Numbered from the stretch's first letter, positions 31,165 through 42,259 are shown. The stretch: DNA of 64,000 bases from an uncultured Bdellovibrionales bacterium (GCA_964497185.1 CAZCBX010000001.1:231519-295518); one strand, 5' to 3'. The notes: generated by a model not told the origin, from the letters alone. Program-made: numbers and translations.

Positions 31165-31500
31165 AACTTTCTCCTATAGCAGGTATTTTATTTATAAATA
31201 AGTGAATAACCACCGGTAGATTTAATGGATTCAAGTATTCGATTAAGCAATTTTTCTGCCATTTATGATTTTTTTTGCTGGGTATCTTTTAGGAAATTTT
31301 TAAAGATTTATTTATAAAAATATTAATTAAATTCAACAATTTAAATACAATTTTCGAATAAAAAATCGAAAATAGCTTGGTTGTAATTAGGAGTGAATCA
31401 TTTTTTGACTCGTCCGATAATAAGTCAATAGGCTTTAGATAAACGTGTCTTTAGGATAAATTTTATAGCTAAAAAAGTAATATGGTGGGTTTGCAGTAGG

Positions 31501-33105
31501 CTAAGGCGTAAGCACAGCCTGTTCATTTTCCAGGCTTTCCACCGATATGCGGATGTTGTCTTTTTGTTGTTCGATGGTGACCGTGGGTTGACCCAGCTCG
31601 CGTAGCGTGAAAGCCAGCTGATCGTACAATCCGTTCATTTTTTTAAACATGGACAACTGCTGTCGATTGGCCGCGTATCGGTCGCGCTGATAATTGCTGT
31701 CGAGCAGAGATAGTTGTTTTTCAATGGATGTTTGTTGCGATATGGTCGTGCCAGAACGCACAAGGTTTTGCTGCAGTTGGGTCGATCGCGTTTGATATTT
31801 TTCTAAAGCTTTGGCTTTGTCATCACTGAGTTGATTGATTTTATTCACCAATCCACGAATTTCAGCCTGCAATGCCTTGGCGCGTTGGTGTTTTTTGGAT
31901 AGCTGTGGCGGACGTTTCATGGAGCCGCTGGTTAGTAAACTCTCTGGTTGCTCTTGATCTAGCCAGGTTCGCATCACAGCATTGGCCACTTGGGTGGCCA
32001 TGATGTTTTTTAAAAACGCATTGGGTCCCATAAACAAATAATTGGAAGCAATGGCAAAGTTTAAGCCTTCGGTTTGTTGCAGGATAAAATTGTTGATGCC
32101 GATGACCTCCCCACGATCATTGATCATGGGTCCACCCGAATTGCCTGGATTGATGGCCACATCTGCTTGAATGTAGGCTTGCCCTTTGATCACCCGGCCC
32201 ACAAAACTCACGATACCTTTGGTCACCGTAAATGAAAGGCCGCTAGGCGCACCAATGGTAAAAACAGTATCACCAGGTCTCATTTGGGTGGCATCGCCCA
32301 ATTGAACTGGTTGATAGGCCGTTGAATCAATTTGCAAAAGAGTTAAATCTCGCAACGGATCTTCGGCGATGATGCGGGCTTCATGTTTGACATCATCATA
32401 CGTTTGCACCGTTATTTTCTGGCCCATGCCCGACGCCACGTGGTGGTTGGTCACCAAATAGCCAGGTCGACCTGCAAAAAAAGCAGAGCCGGATGTGTTT
32501 TGTCCCATCACTGTGGCTGTCGATTGCAGCACCCTTTGTAAAATGCTGGCGCCATCTTCGTTCAAGGTGGGGGTTGAGACCACCTGGCCTGGCTGGGGCG
32601 TCGCATTGGATAACCCTCCATTGGGCGGCGTGTTGCTTGGCGGATTTACAGCCTCTTGAATGGAAGATTTTTCTTTGGTTTGGCGTTCGTATTGATACAC
32701 GGACCAGCCTAGCGCCACTGAAAAAATGGACACGACCACAGGCACCCATCGACGCAAGCCCCGTGTCATTTTGGCCTGACTCATGGGTTTTTTGATGATT
32801 TCTGCGCCCATTTGTTTGGCACAGGTTTGCAAAACAATGGCGTCGTGGTGGGGCACATCTTTTGCGATCAGGGAAGCGTGGTCGATGGCCTTGCGAAGCG
32901 AACCATAGGTTGTAAATATTGGACTTCGCAGCTGTGGCAGTGCTTTTTTTACAAAATCGCCGCGCAAATGTGTGGGCAATGTGGTTTTCCACGCGAGGGC
33001 ATAAGAGACATTTTTTCCACAAAATCGGCAGATTACGCCCATGGTGGAGATGGTTTCGCCACAATCAGGGCATAAAAAAGTGGCGTTTGCATCGGTGTGG
33101 TTCAT
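31501..33105 (-). CDS. membrane-anchored trypsin-like (S1, HtrA/DegP-type) serine protease with N-terminal zinc-ribbon and C-terminal coiled-coil
   Basis: CPDCG...CRFCG zinc ribbon, a TM helix (WVPVVVSIFSVALGW), and a catalytic triad context of TNHHV, DLTLL and GNSGGP. There is no PDZ domain. The tail is Q/L-rich and helical. Confidence 0.7.
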   Translation of the reverse strand: MNHTDANATFLCPDCGETISTMGVICRFCGKNVSYALAWKTTLPTHLRGDFVKKALPQLRSPIFTTYGSLRKAIDHASLIAKDVPHHDAIVLQTCAKQMGAEIIKKPMSQAKMTRGLRRWVPVVVSIFSVALGWSVYQYERQTKEKSSIQEAVNPPSNTPPNGGLSNATPQPGQVVSTPTLNEDGASILQRVLQSTATVMGQNTSGSAFFAGRPGYLVTNHHVASGMGQKITVQTYDDVKHEARIIAEDPLRDLTLLQIDSTAYQPVQLGDATQMRPGDTVFTIGAPSGLSFTVTKGIVSFVGRVIKGQAYIQADVAINPGNSGGPMINDRGEVIGINNFILQQTEGLNFAIASNYLFMGPNAFLKNIMATQVANAVMRTWLDQEQPESLLTSGSMKRPPQLSKKHQRAKALQAEIRGLVNKINQLSDDKAKALEKYQTRSTQLQQNLVRSGTTISQQTSIEKQLSLLDSNYQRDRYAANRQQLSMFKKMNGLYDQLAFTLRELGQPTVTIEQQKDNIRISVESLENEQAVLTP

Positions 33106-33221
33106 GGTTTTAAGTTCTCACTTTACTATAAACATTCGTGCTGCGTCAAAGCATTGCATTTATTTGCCAAGGGAGTAAGAAAGGTTTTGTAAATATTGGA
33201 ATTTTGTTACAATGGGGACGC

Positions 33222-33626
33222 ATGAAACATCAAAACACAATCTGGTTGGGCGCAATTTTTACCATACTTTTATGCGTGGGTGCGTGTTCAAAATCTGAAA
33301 CTGCATCGACTCAATCGGACGCCGAAAAACTCTGGGGCAGCGACCGCGTCTGTTTGCCGTGCCACCTTTTTCAACAACCCATCGCCCGAGACCACCATTA
33401 CCGATGTGACACCTGTCACCAAGGCAACCCATTTGCTGAAACTAAAGAAGAAGCGCATTATGGCTTAATCAAGGCGCCCCAGGCGCCTGAAAACATTGGT
33501 CAAACCTGTGATAAATGTCATCGCCGCGTGTTGGGCCGTGACGTGCCTTACAACGCTGAATTTATCAAAGACGTGATTGTGTCGCACAAACGCAACCCCG
33601 GAGAGTCTCTCGAATGGCAAGAATAA
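33222..33626 (+). CDS. triheme c-type cytochrome lipoprotein
   Basis: An LCVGAC lipobox and three CxxCH motifs (CLPCH, CDTCH, CDKCH) within ~110 mature residues. Confidence 0.65.
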   Translation: MKHQNTIWLGAIFTILLCVGACSKSETASTQSDAEKLWGSDRVCLPCHLFQQPIARDHHYRCDTCHQGNPFAETKEEAHYGLIKAPQAPENIGQTCDKCHRRVLGRDVPYNAEFIKDVIVSHKRNPGESLEWQE

Positions 33627-34603
33627 TTTGCGTTTGGTTGCTCTGCCTGAGTTTTTCAGTTTCTGCGTATGCACAAGACGCAGTTTCGACGGCATTGGTT
33701 CACACCAATCAAACTTACGTGCTTTCCACCACGGGTAAAAACCCAGACCCACTGCAAGAATACAACGTGGGCGATGTGGTGTACGTGATTACTGGAAAAA
33801 AAGAAAAGGGGTATGTGCGCGTCACTTTTGACCCCACCAATCTTGAAGGCAATGGCTGGATTCAAGAAAACAAAATTCGCATTGTATCCGGCTACCGTTC
33901 CACCGACGGCAAACTACCCAAAGAGTACCAACGCAAATATACAGAAGAACAACCTGTGGTTGCAGACCGAGGGCTGGATCAAGGCGACGACTTGTTGTCC
34001 GGGGAGATGACCTTTATCGAAGAACTGGTAACCCAAGAGCAAGCCTCTTTGGAAAGCGAATTTGGCATCATCGATGAAGACGAGACCGGCATGCAAGAGT
34101 TGCCACCGCTGGAAGGTGGCGTGGATGGGGATAACCCTTTTGAAGAAGACCTTGAGTTTTTATTTCAAGATGATGCCGAATTTAATGAAACGTTTGAAAC
34201 AGCCAAAAACGAACATCAATCCTCTCAAGTGTACAATGTTGGCGTGTCTGCATTTTCCATGCAAGAAGATCGTTTTGCCACCCAAGTGCGCCAAATGTTT
34301 GAAGCCGATTTGCGCAAGCAGGCCAAAATCGGCAGCATTTCTACCTTTGGATACGTAGAAAACATTGAAACCACCAACCAAGTATCCAAAGTGTCACTCA
34401 GTGACAAAGTATCAGGCGTCTTTTTTGGCATACTGTCCCCGCAGGTGGGATCCAGTCGGTTGTTAAAAGTAAAATTCTATGACCGCGCGTTAAAACAATT
34501 TCTTTTTGAAAAAGTGGTGAATTTATCTGTACAGGGCGACAATCAAGCTGCCATTGAAAACCTGGCGCGCCAAGCTGCAACCTTTTTGAAAAAGGGCTCA
34601 TGA
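33614..34603 (+). CDS. secreted protein with N-terminal SH3b-like domain, acidic linker and unrecognised C-terminal domain
   Basis: A signal peptide, the YNVGDVVYVITGKKEKGYVRVTF...GWIQENKI SH3b-like pattern, and a D/E-rich linker. Its start overlaps the cytochrome gene's stop. Confidence 0.45.
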   Translation: MARIICVWLLCLSFSVSAYAQDAVSTALVHTNQTYVLSTTGKNPDPLQEYNVGDVVYVITGKKEKGYVRVTFDPTNLEGNGWIQENKIRIVSGYRSTDGKLPKEYQRKYTEEQPVVADRGLDQGDDLLSGEMTFIEELVTQEQASLESEFGIIDEDETGMQELPPLEGGVDGDNPFEEDLEFLFQDDAEFNETFETAKNEHQSSQVYNVGVSAFSMQEDRFATQVRQMFEADLRKQAKIGSISTFGYVENIETTNQVSKVSLSDKVSGVFFGILSPQVGSSRLLKVKFYDRALKQFLFEKVVNLSVQGDNQAAIENLARQAATFLKKGS

Positions 34604-35484
34604 TCATTTTTCGCCTGCTGATGTGTTTGGGGCTTGGCCTGGCCTTAACCAATGCCGCTCATGCCCAAGATGCCAACGTGAGCAACGCCGATTTATCTGC
34701 GCGCTTTTTTCAGCTGCAAAAAGGTTTGTCCATGGGGGGCGCTTTTCGGGCCATTGCTGATACCCCTTTTGCCAACTTATACAATCCTGCTGGGATCGCT
34801 CAGCGCAAAGGCCAATTGAGCGTGTCGGGCGATTATGGGTATTTTTCATCCGATGGCAATCACTTTTTGGGTGCCAGCGTCATTGACTACCAAACCTCGC
34901 CCAATGTGGCCTATGGTTTAAGTTATCATCAAGGCATTCAGAATTTTGGCACGGTTGAGGCGCAAACCCGTCAAGCCACTTTTTCCCTGGCCCATCAAAC
35001 TCAAAATGTGCTGACAGGGGCAAGCCTTAAGGGGTACTGGGTGGATATCAACAACGCGGCGCTTGATGGTCCCCGTGGTCTTGATTTGGATGTTGGGATG
35101 CTCATCAAAGCCGGAGAAATGTTGTCGTTTGGCGTGGTGGGCTACAATTTGGCCCGCGGTGGAAAAATTGAAGAGTATCCACGCATGTTGGGTGGAGGTA
35201 TTGCGCTGAAAATGCCACCGTATGGAGAAATCACCATGGATGTCGTGAAAAATTTTAACACCATCGCCAACGATGACATCAATTATCATTTTGGTGTGGC
35301 GCTGGATGTATCGGAACAAATTGAACTCAGAGGCGGGTACGCCATTGATAACATTCGCCAAAATGATTTTTATGGGGTGGGCTTGAGCGTACAGAGCGAT
35401 CGGGCCACCATTCATGCCAGCTTTGGTCAAACCCTGGACGTGGAAGCGGAAATCTATTCAGTAAGCCTAGAATACACCATGTAG
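34600..35484 (+). CDS. putative outer-membrane beta-barrel protein
   Basis: A signal peptide (ALTNAAHAQD) and alternating hydrophobic beta-strand periodicity. An ATGA start/stop overlap joins it to the upstream gene. Confidence 0.4.
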   Translation: MIIFRLLMCLGLGLALTNAAHAQDANVSNADLSARFFQLQKGLSMGGAFRAIADTPFANLYNPAGIAQRKGQLSVSGDYGYFSSDGNHFLGASVIDYQTSPNVAYGLSYHQGIQNFGTVEAQTRQATFSLAHQTQNVLTGASLKGYWVDINNAALDGPRGLDLDVGMLIKAGEMLSFGVVGYNLARGGKIEEYPRMLGGGIALKMPPYGEITMDVVKNFNTIANDDINYHFGVALDVSEQIELRGGYAIDNIRQNDFYGVGLSVQSDRATIHASFGQTLDVEAEIYSVSLEYTM

Positions 35485-35496
35485 GATAAGTAAAAA

Positions 35497-38400
35497 ATGA
35501 GCGACGATTCAGATAAAAAAATCAATACGGACGACATTGATCTTAGCTTTGGCGAAGACTTTGAAGATGATTTCGAAGAAGCGTTTAGCGAAGAACAGCT
35601 TTTGGTGCCCAGCGATGATGACGATGTGCCCACCTCCGCAGGCATTGACGAAAAAACCGTGTTGGTTGATGAAGATGAACAAGAAGATGAGCCGGATCAA
35701 GGCGTAGCCACACAAGATGAAAAAACTGTACTGGTGGATGACGATCAAGAAGCACAGCCATCCGTGTCCACGCAAGATGAAAAAACCATGCTCATGGGCG
35801 ACGACGATGAAGACGATGTTTTGGAGCTGGCAGACTTGCCTGAAATGCAAAACGAGCAAACCATGGCGGTGGATTCTTTTCAGGAGCAAGATTGGGACGA
35901 TGCTTCCGACAGTGATGCCATTGAAAGTGATGCCATTGAAGTAGAAGAACAAGAACCATTGGACATTGTTCAAGATTCAGAAGAAATCTTGGGCTTGATG
36001 GACTCGCAAGAGATCAGTGTAAGTGAAGGGCAAGTCGATGAGACATTCAGCGATCAAGGCGCTGGGGGCCAAACGGAAATGCTCAGTCAAGACATTGGCG
36101 CAGAGGATTTTGGACAAACCGTGGATGCGCAGCCTGAATCTCCTGAAGTCAGTGAAAAACAACCTGCAGAAGATGAAGTGATTGCCAGTGAAGCCGGCAT
36201 CGAAGGGTTGTTTGCAGACATGAATGAAGACGTCGTCTTGGACGAAGATGACAGCGAGTACGATGGCCATACGGACAGTGTCAGTGCGGATACAGAACAA
36301 GTGGGACAAACTGCACCACCCGAACAACCAAAAAGTGCTCCAGCAGCACCGATCGTAGGCGCAGCGGCGGCCAAAAAAAGCAAAGCCGAAAAAAAGAAAA
36401 AGAAAGAGCAGCCCGAAGCCTCGTTTATCGAAGCGGAGGCGTCCAAAAGCAAAAAAGTATCTTTGCCCAAAAAACGATGGTTGCTTTTTGCACCCTTGGC
36501 GCTGGTTGTGCTGATTATGATGTATGCGGGGTATGCCATTTTTCTAACGCCCCATGGGTTTATGGGCATCGGCGCCAAAGAAGATGGGGCTGTCACTCCA
36601 ACCGCACAGAGTGACGAAAAAGTACAGCTTACCCCTGAACTGTTGCAAGACTTGGGGCAGAAGTACGATCAAGCCATGTTGCTGGCCAAGGTCGATCGCT
36701 ATCCCTCTTATCAAAAAGCTCTGGGTCTGCTCAAAGAAGTTCAAAAAATTTATCCCAACCATCCCAAAGCCGCATCAGGCCTGGTGGAATTGATGATCAT
36801 GGGCAATCGTGGCTACATGACCGTTGAACAAGTCAGCACGTTGGTTCAATCCATGCGCATTGCAGAACGAGTCAGTCCCAATACACCCGAAACCCTGCGG
36901 GCCAAAATACGTCAGTTGATGTTACAGGATAAAAATGAAGAAGCCCTGGCGCGACTCAACCAACTTCAGAACATAGCCGGTGAGGACATTGCCACCATGC
37001 TTCTAGAAGCAGAGGTATATTTAGAAACGCAGGAGCTGGCCAAAGCCAAAGAAAAATTGGACGTTGTCTTGGAAAAAGAACCAGATCACATCCGTGCCCA
37101 TTATGTGCTGGCACAGTATTTTTTCGATAAGCAACTGTGGACCAACGTGATCAAAGAAACCAAACCACTGGTGGAAAATCAACATTGGCCATCCATTGTT
37201 TTACAAGCTCAGGCCCATTATCAAACCAAAGCCTATCAACAAGCCAAAACCACATTGGAAGGCTTATTGGCAGCGAATGAAGATAAACTCAGCCCCAAAA
37301 TGTATGGTCGTGCTCATAAGATTCTGTCTGACATTTACTTGCTGCACGAAAAAGATCGAGAAAAAGGCATTGCCCTGCTTGAAAAAGCAGTGGCCAAAGT
37401 CAGTCTCAACGATGTTTATGCCAAGCAATTGGGTGACCTATACCTGGAGGACGAAAACTACACCAAAGCAGCTCAATATTATGGTTTGGCGCGCAACATT
37501 CAAAAAACCAACATTGATTATGCCATTGCGCATGGTCAAGTGTTGCGCTTATCGGGCAAACCAAAAGAAGCGGTGGATATACTCAAAGCCGTGGTGACCA
37601 AAGCCCCCAACCGGGAAGATGGCGTTTTGGAATATGCCAAAAGCCGTGTGGCACTCAACCAATTTGATGAAGTGCAATCCTATCTTACCAATGTGGTCGA
37701 AACCAACCCTTCTTTTATTGAAACCATGGTGTTGCTGGGTGATATCCACTTGCAAAAAAATGAGCTGGATCAGGCCCAAGAAGTGTATAAAAAAGCCTTG
37801 GCCAAAGCCAAAACCAATCGGCTTAAAGCCATGGCCAATTATGCCTTGGGCGTGTTGCACACCAAAAAAGAAAAATGGCCCATGTCTCAAAAATATTTGG
37901 TCACGGCCAATCAGCAGATGCCCAATCAAACCGACACGCTCTTCATGTTGGGTAAAGTATATTATGCGCAAAACCAATACACCCAAGCGCAGAAGTTTAT
38001 CGAACGTTCGCTCAATCAAGACGCTGACAACTTAGAAGCCAAAGGCATGTTGGCCAGCATTTATTTTGAAAAAGGCAAACAGCAAGAAGCCATCGACTTG
38101 ATTGAAAAAGTATTGGAACAAGCCCCCAAAAATATTGAGCTGCGCATCATGTATGGTCGAATTTTACTTGCACAAGGCCGCTTTGGCGATGCCTTGGACC
38201 AAATGGATGAAGCTTATCTGATTGATGCAGAACGATACGACGTGCATTTTTACCTGGGCATTGCCGAAAGAGAAATGGGCCAAACCGATTTATCCATTCG
38301 ATCGTTGAATCGTGCATTGACCATTTGGCCTGAATCGGCCAAAGCGTATTATCAGCGAGGCCTTACCTACATTCGTAAAAATGAAATTGATAACGCCATC

Positions 38401-38904
38401 AAGGACATGCAAAAAGCCACAGACTTAAGCAAAAAATGGTCAGAGCCTTACCAAGCCGTTGCGCAGTATTATTTTGATGTGGCTTTGTACGAAAAAAGTT
38501 TGGAATTTTATAAAAAAGCCGATGCCATCAACAAAAACGATCGTCAAAGCAATTTCCAAATGGCCAAAGCGTATTTTCAACGTGGGCAACCGCAAGAGGC
38601 ACTGGACCTATTGTCTGCCATGACCAAGCAGTACCCGTCGTATGCACCTGCTTACCATGAGATTGGCGTCATTTTGGAAGAGGGCGGAGATTTTCAAAAC
38701 GCCTTTAAGTATTATCAACGTGCAACAAAAATTGATCCAAATTTTGCAGAGAGCTATCAACGCATGGGTTTTGTTTATAAAAATTTTGATCAAAAAAACA
38801 ATGCGGTGGCGATGTTTAAAAAATATTTAGCCCTGCGCCCCAACGCCATGGACCGTGAAGACATGGAAGAAGAAATTGCTCGCTTAGAATTTGTCAGACC
38901 ATGA
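35497..38904 (+). CDS. 1135-aa protein: acidic repeat-containing N-terminal region, lysine-rich patch, single TM helix, ~750-aa TPR-repeat domain
   Basis: QDEKTVLVDDD-type acidic repeats, an AAAAKKSKAEKKKKKEQ segment, a TM helix (WLLFAPLALVVLIMMYAGYAIFL), then many 34-aa TPR-like units (AxxYxxLG...). Confidence 0.6.
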   Translation: MSDDSDKKINTDDIDLSFGEDFEDDFEEAFSEEQLLVPSDDDDVPTSAGIDEKTVLVDEDEQEDEPDQGVATQDEKTVLVDDDQEAQPSVSTQDEKTMLMGDDDEDDVLELADLPEMQNEQTMAVDSFQEQDWDDASDSDAIESDAIEVEEQEPLDIVQDSEEILGLMDSQEISVSEGQVDETFSDQGAGGQTEMLSQDIGAEDFGQTVDAQPESPEVSEKQPAEDEVIASEAGIEGLFADMNEDVVLDEDDSEYDGHTDSVSADTEQVGQTAPPEQPKSAPAAPIVGAAAAKKSKAEKKKKKEQPEASFIEAEASKSKKVSLPKKRWLLFAPLALVVLIMMYAGYAIFLTPHGFMGIGAKEDGAVTPTAQSDEKVQLTPELLQDLGQKYDQAMLLAKVDRYPSYQKALGLLKEVQKIYPNHPKAASGLVELMIMGNRGYMTVEQVSTLVQSMRIAERVSPNTPETLRAKIRQLMLQDKNEEALARLNQLQNIAGEDIATMLLEAEVYLETQELAKAKEKLDVVLEKEPDHIRAHYVLAQYFFDKQLWTNVIKETKPLVENQHWPSIVLQAQAHYQTKAYQQAKTTLEGLLAANEDKLSPKMYGRAHKILSDIYLLHEKDREKGIALLEKAVAKVSLNDVYAKQLGDLYLEDENYTKAAQYYGLARNIQKTNIDYAIAHGQVLRLSGKPKEAVDILKAVVTKAPNREDGVLEYAKSRVALNQFDEVQSYLTNVVETNPSFIETMVLLGDIHLQKNELDQAQEVYKKALAKAKTNRLKAMANYALGVLHTKKEKWPMSQKYLVTANQQMPNQTDTLFMLGKVYYAQNQYTQAQKFIERSLNQDADNLEAKGMLASIYFEKGKQQEAIDLIEKVLEQAPKNIELRIMYGRILLAQGRFGDALDQMDEAYLIDAERYDVHFYLGIAEREMGQTDLSIRSLNRALTIWPESAKAYYQRGLTYIRKNEIDNAIKDMQKATDLSKKWSEPYQAVAQYYFDVALYEKSLEFYKKADAINKNDRQSNFQMAKAYFQRGQPQEALDLLSAMTKQYPSYAPAYHEIGVILEEGGDFQNAFKYYQRATKIDPNFAESYQRMGFVYKNFDQKNNAVAMFKKYLALRPNAMDREDMEEEIARLEFVRP

Positions 38905-39236
38905 CGTTGTTTATCTATAAAGCCAACTGCTCGACCTGCCGTGAAGGCAAAAAAATGTTGGATGCCAAAGGCGTCGCGTACCAAGCCAGAGACTTAAATA
39001 AAAATCCACTTACGCCAAAAGAGCTTACCGAGTTGGTCGGAGAAAAAGACATTCAACCTTTTATCAACACTCGCACCGCGCTGTACCGAGAAAAAAACAT
39101 GAAGACGTCGCTTCCACCCAGAAAACAAATCATTGCTTGGATGGCCCAGCACCCCAATTTGATTAAGCGGCCGCTGCTTGTGCATAACGGCGAATTCACC
39201 CATGGCCTAGACCGGTCTTATTACGCCTCTTTATAA
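38901..39236 (+). CDS. ArsC/Spx/MgsR-family (YffB-like) thioredoxin-fold protein
   Basis: 111 aa, with a CSTC motif near the N-terminus (LFIYKANCSTCREGKKML) and a C-terminal IKRPLLV pattern. ATGA translational coupling links it to the TPR gene. Confidence 0.65.
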   Translation: MTLFIYKANCSTCREGKKMLDAKGVAYQARDLNKNPLTPKELTELVGEKDIQPFINTRTALYREKNMKTSLPPRKQIIAWMAQHPNLIKRPLLVHNGEFTHGLDRSYYASL

Positions 39237-39252
39237 CCACGTTATCATTTGA

Positions 39253-40551
<1,299 letters not shown>

Positions 40552-40617
40552 AAAAATAAGCCCAAACACAAAAAGCCCCCAGTGGGGGCTTTTTGCATAC
40601 AATCGATGAAAAACAGA

Positions 40618-41085
40618 TTATTTTTCTTTTCGGTTTTTCATGTGTTCTCTGACTTTAGGCATGTTCTTTTTGCCTTTGATCACCATTTCAGCCACTTCGG
40701 CACGCTCTTCTTTGGTCAGGTCACCAAAAGCGTCTTTCATGTTGTCGATGTTTTCATCGGCCATTTTGTCTTTTCGGTCCATTTTTTGTTTGCGCATTTC
40801 ATCTTGTAGCTTTTCCATGCGTTTGAAATCACCTTCGATGAACGCTTCTTTTTTCTTGGCTTGATTGGCTTCCCACTGCGCTTTGTTCATTTCTTTTTCT
40901 TTTTTCATGCGCTCGTGGTCGGCTTTCATGCTTTGTTGGTATTGTTTCAAAGCTTTTTTTTGTTTTTCATTTAAATTTTTGGCTTGTTCAATGGTGCTGT
41001 CTTTCATTTCGCCTTCATGATGGTCTGCCATGACAGGTTGGAAAGCAAACGTGCTAAGAGCCAATAAACATAAAACTTTTTTCAT
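40618..41085 (-). CDS. periplasmic K/E-rich helical protein (possibly Spy/CpxP-like)
   Basis: A signal peptide and a highly charged helical sequence with one LTxxE motif. The family assignment is weak. Confidence 0.3.
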   Translation of the reverse strand: MKKVLCLLALSTFAFQPVMADHHEGEMKDSTIEQAKNLNEKQKKALKQYQQSMKADHERMKKEKEMNKAQWEANQAKKKEAFIEGDFKRMEKLQDEMRKQKMDRKDKMADENIDNMKDAFGDLTKEERAEVAEMVIKGKKNMPKVREHMKNRKEK

Positions 41086-41166
41086 AAAAAATCTCCTTGA
41101 GATCGAGGGTTAATAAATATCAGGGAGTATACGCGTATGGACCAACATGCGCAAAGAATTCACCCC

Positions 41167-41946
41167 TTACTTTTGGAGGTAATGCGCGATCTTTCTGGGT
41201 AAAAAGCGCGGCGTAAAGCGAACGGATGCGGCCAATACCTTGTTTTTTAAACCCGAAACCACCACGGCTTGATTACGATAAAAGGCTTCTACGCCTTCTT
41301 TGGCCACTTCTGCGCTGCTCATGGTGTGTTGTTCAAAAAGCTTGGTGTCTTGTACATTGGCCACCGACGCAAATTCACTTTCAGTGGGGCCAGGGCATAA
41401 CGCAGTGACATGTACATGTTGATCCGACACTTCTTCGTGCAAGGCTTCGCTAAAGCTCAGCACATAAGCCTTGCTGGCGTAATACACAGCCATTTTGGGT
41501 CCAGGTTGAAAAGCGGCCACCGAGGCCACATTTAACACGCCACCTTTGCGCCGATCGACCATGGCAGGTAAAAAAGCATGGGTAAAAGCCGTCAGCGCAC
41601 GAATGTTTAAGTCAATCATCCCCAGCTGATCCTCGGCATCGGTTTCTGCAAAGTATCCGCAGTGTCCAAAGCCCGCATTGTTGACCAACACATCCAGGGT
41701 AAGGTCTTGATTGGCTAAAAAATCTTGAACCTTGGCAATGGCATCTTTTTGCGTGGCATCCAGCGCCAATACATGCACCGTCACGCCAAAGCGTTGACGA
41801 ATCTCCTGGGCGACTTGTTCCAGCCGATCTTGCCGGCGCGCCAACAACACCAAAGTACACTGCCGCTTGGCAAACTCCTTGGCAATATCCACCCCGATGC
41901 CGCTGGAAGCACCTGTAACCAATACAGTAGAATGAGCTTGAATCAT
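41167..41946 (-). CDS. SDR-family NAD(P)-dependent oxidoreductase
   Basis: TGASSGIG Rossmann motif, NNAG, and the YxASK catalytic motif. Confidence 0.8.
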   Translation of the reverse strand: MIQAHSTVLVTGASSGIGVDIAKEFAKRQCTLVLLARRQDRLEQVAQEIRQRFGVTVHVLALDATQKDAIAKVQDFLANQDLTLDVLVNNAGFGHCGYFAETDAEDQLGMIDLNIRALTAFTHAFLPAMVDRRKGGVLNVASVAAFQPGPKMAVYYASKAYVLSFSEALHEEVSDQHVHVTALCPGPTESEFASVANVQDTKLFEQHTMSSAEVAKEGVEAFYRNQAVVVSGLKNKVLAASVRFTPRFLPRKIAHYLQK

Positions 41947-42036
41947 GCCTTAGTCGTACCCGATCCATCTGGGAAAGGCAAAAAAGCCTAATAAAATGGT
42001 CTGTTTCGACCCAATTAGCGGCTTAAAAAAAATAAT

Positions 42037-42105
42037 TTGATTTAGAAGACAATTTTTGACATACACAGATTTCACAACCGGAGGATTGGCGACAGTGGTT
42101 GAACG
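42037..42105 (+). pseudogene. truncated duplicate of the tRNA-Ser 5' half plus its upstream ~25 bp
   Basis: 42037-42105 is ~90% identical to 42217-42285, including TTGACATACACAGATTTCACAACCGGAGGATTGGC. It diverges after GGTTGAACG and cannot form a cloverleaf. Confidence 0.5.
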
Positions 42106-42259
42106 TCTTGAGCTGACATCTATAAAGCCAAAGCATGCTTTGGTCAGTGTCAGTGAGAAGCCATGTATAAGCCATGGCGCAGCCATGATCTTTTAAATCA
42201 AAGCGTTCAAAAGGTGTTGATTTAAAAGAAAAACTTTGACATACACAGATTTCACAACC

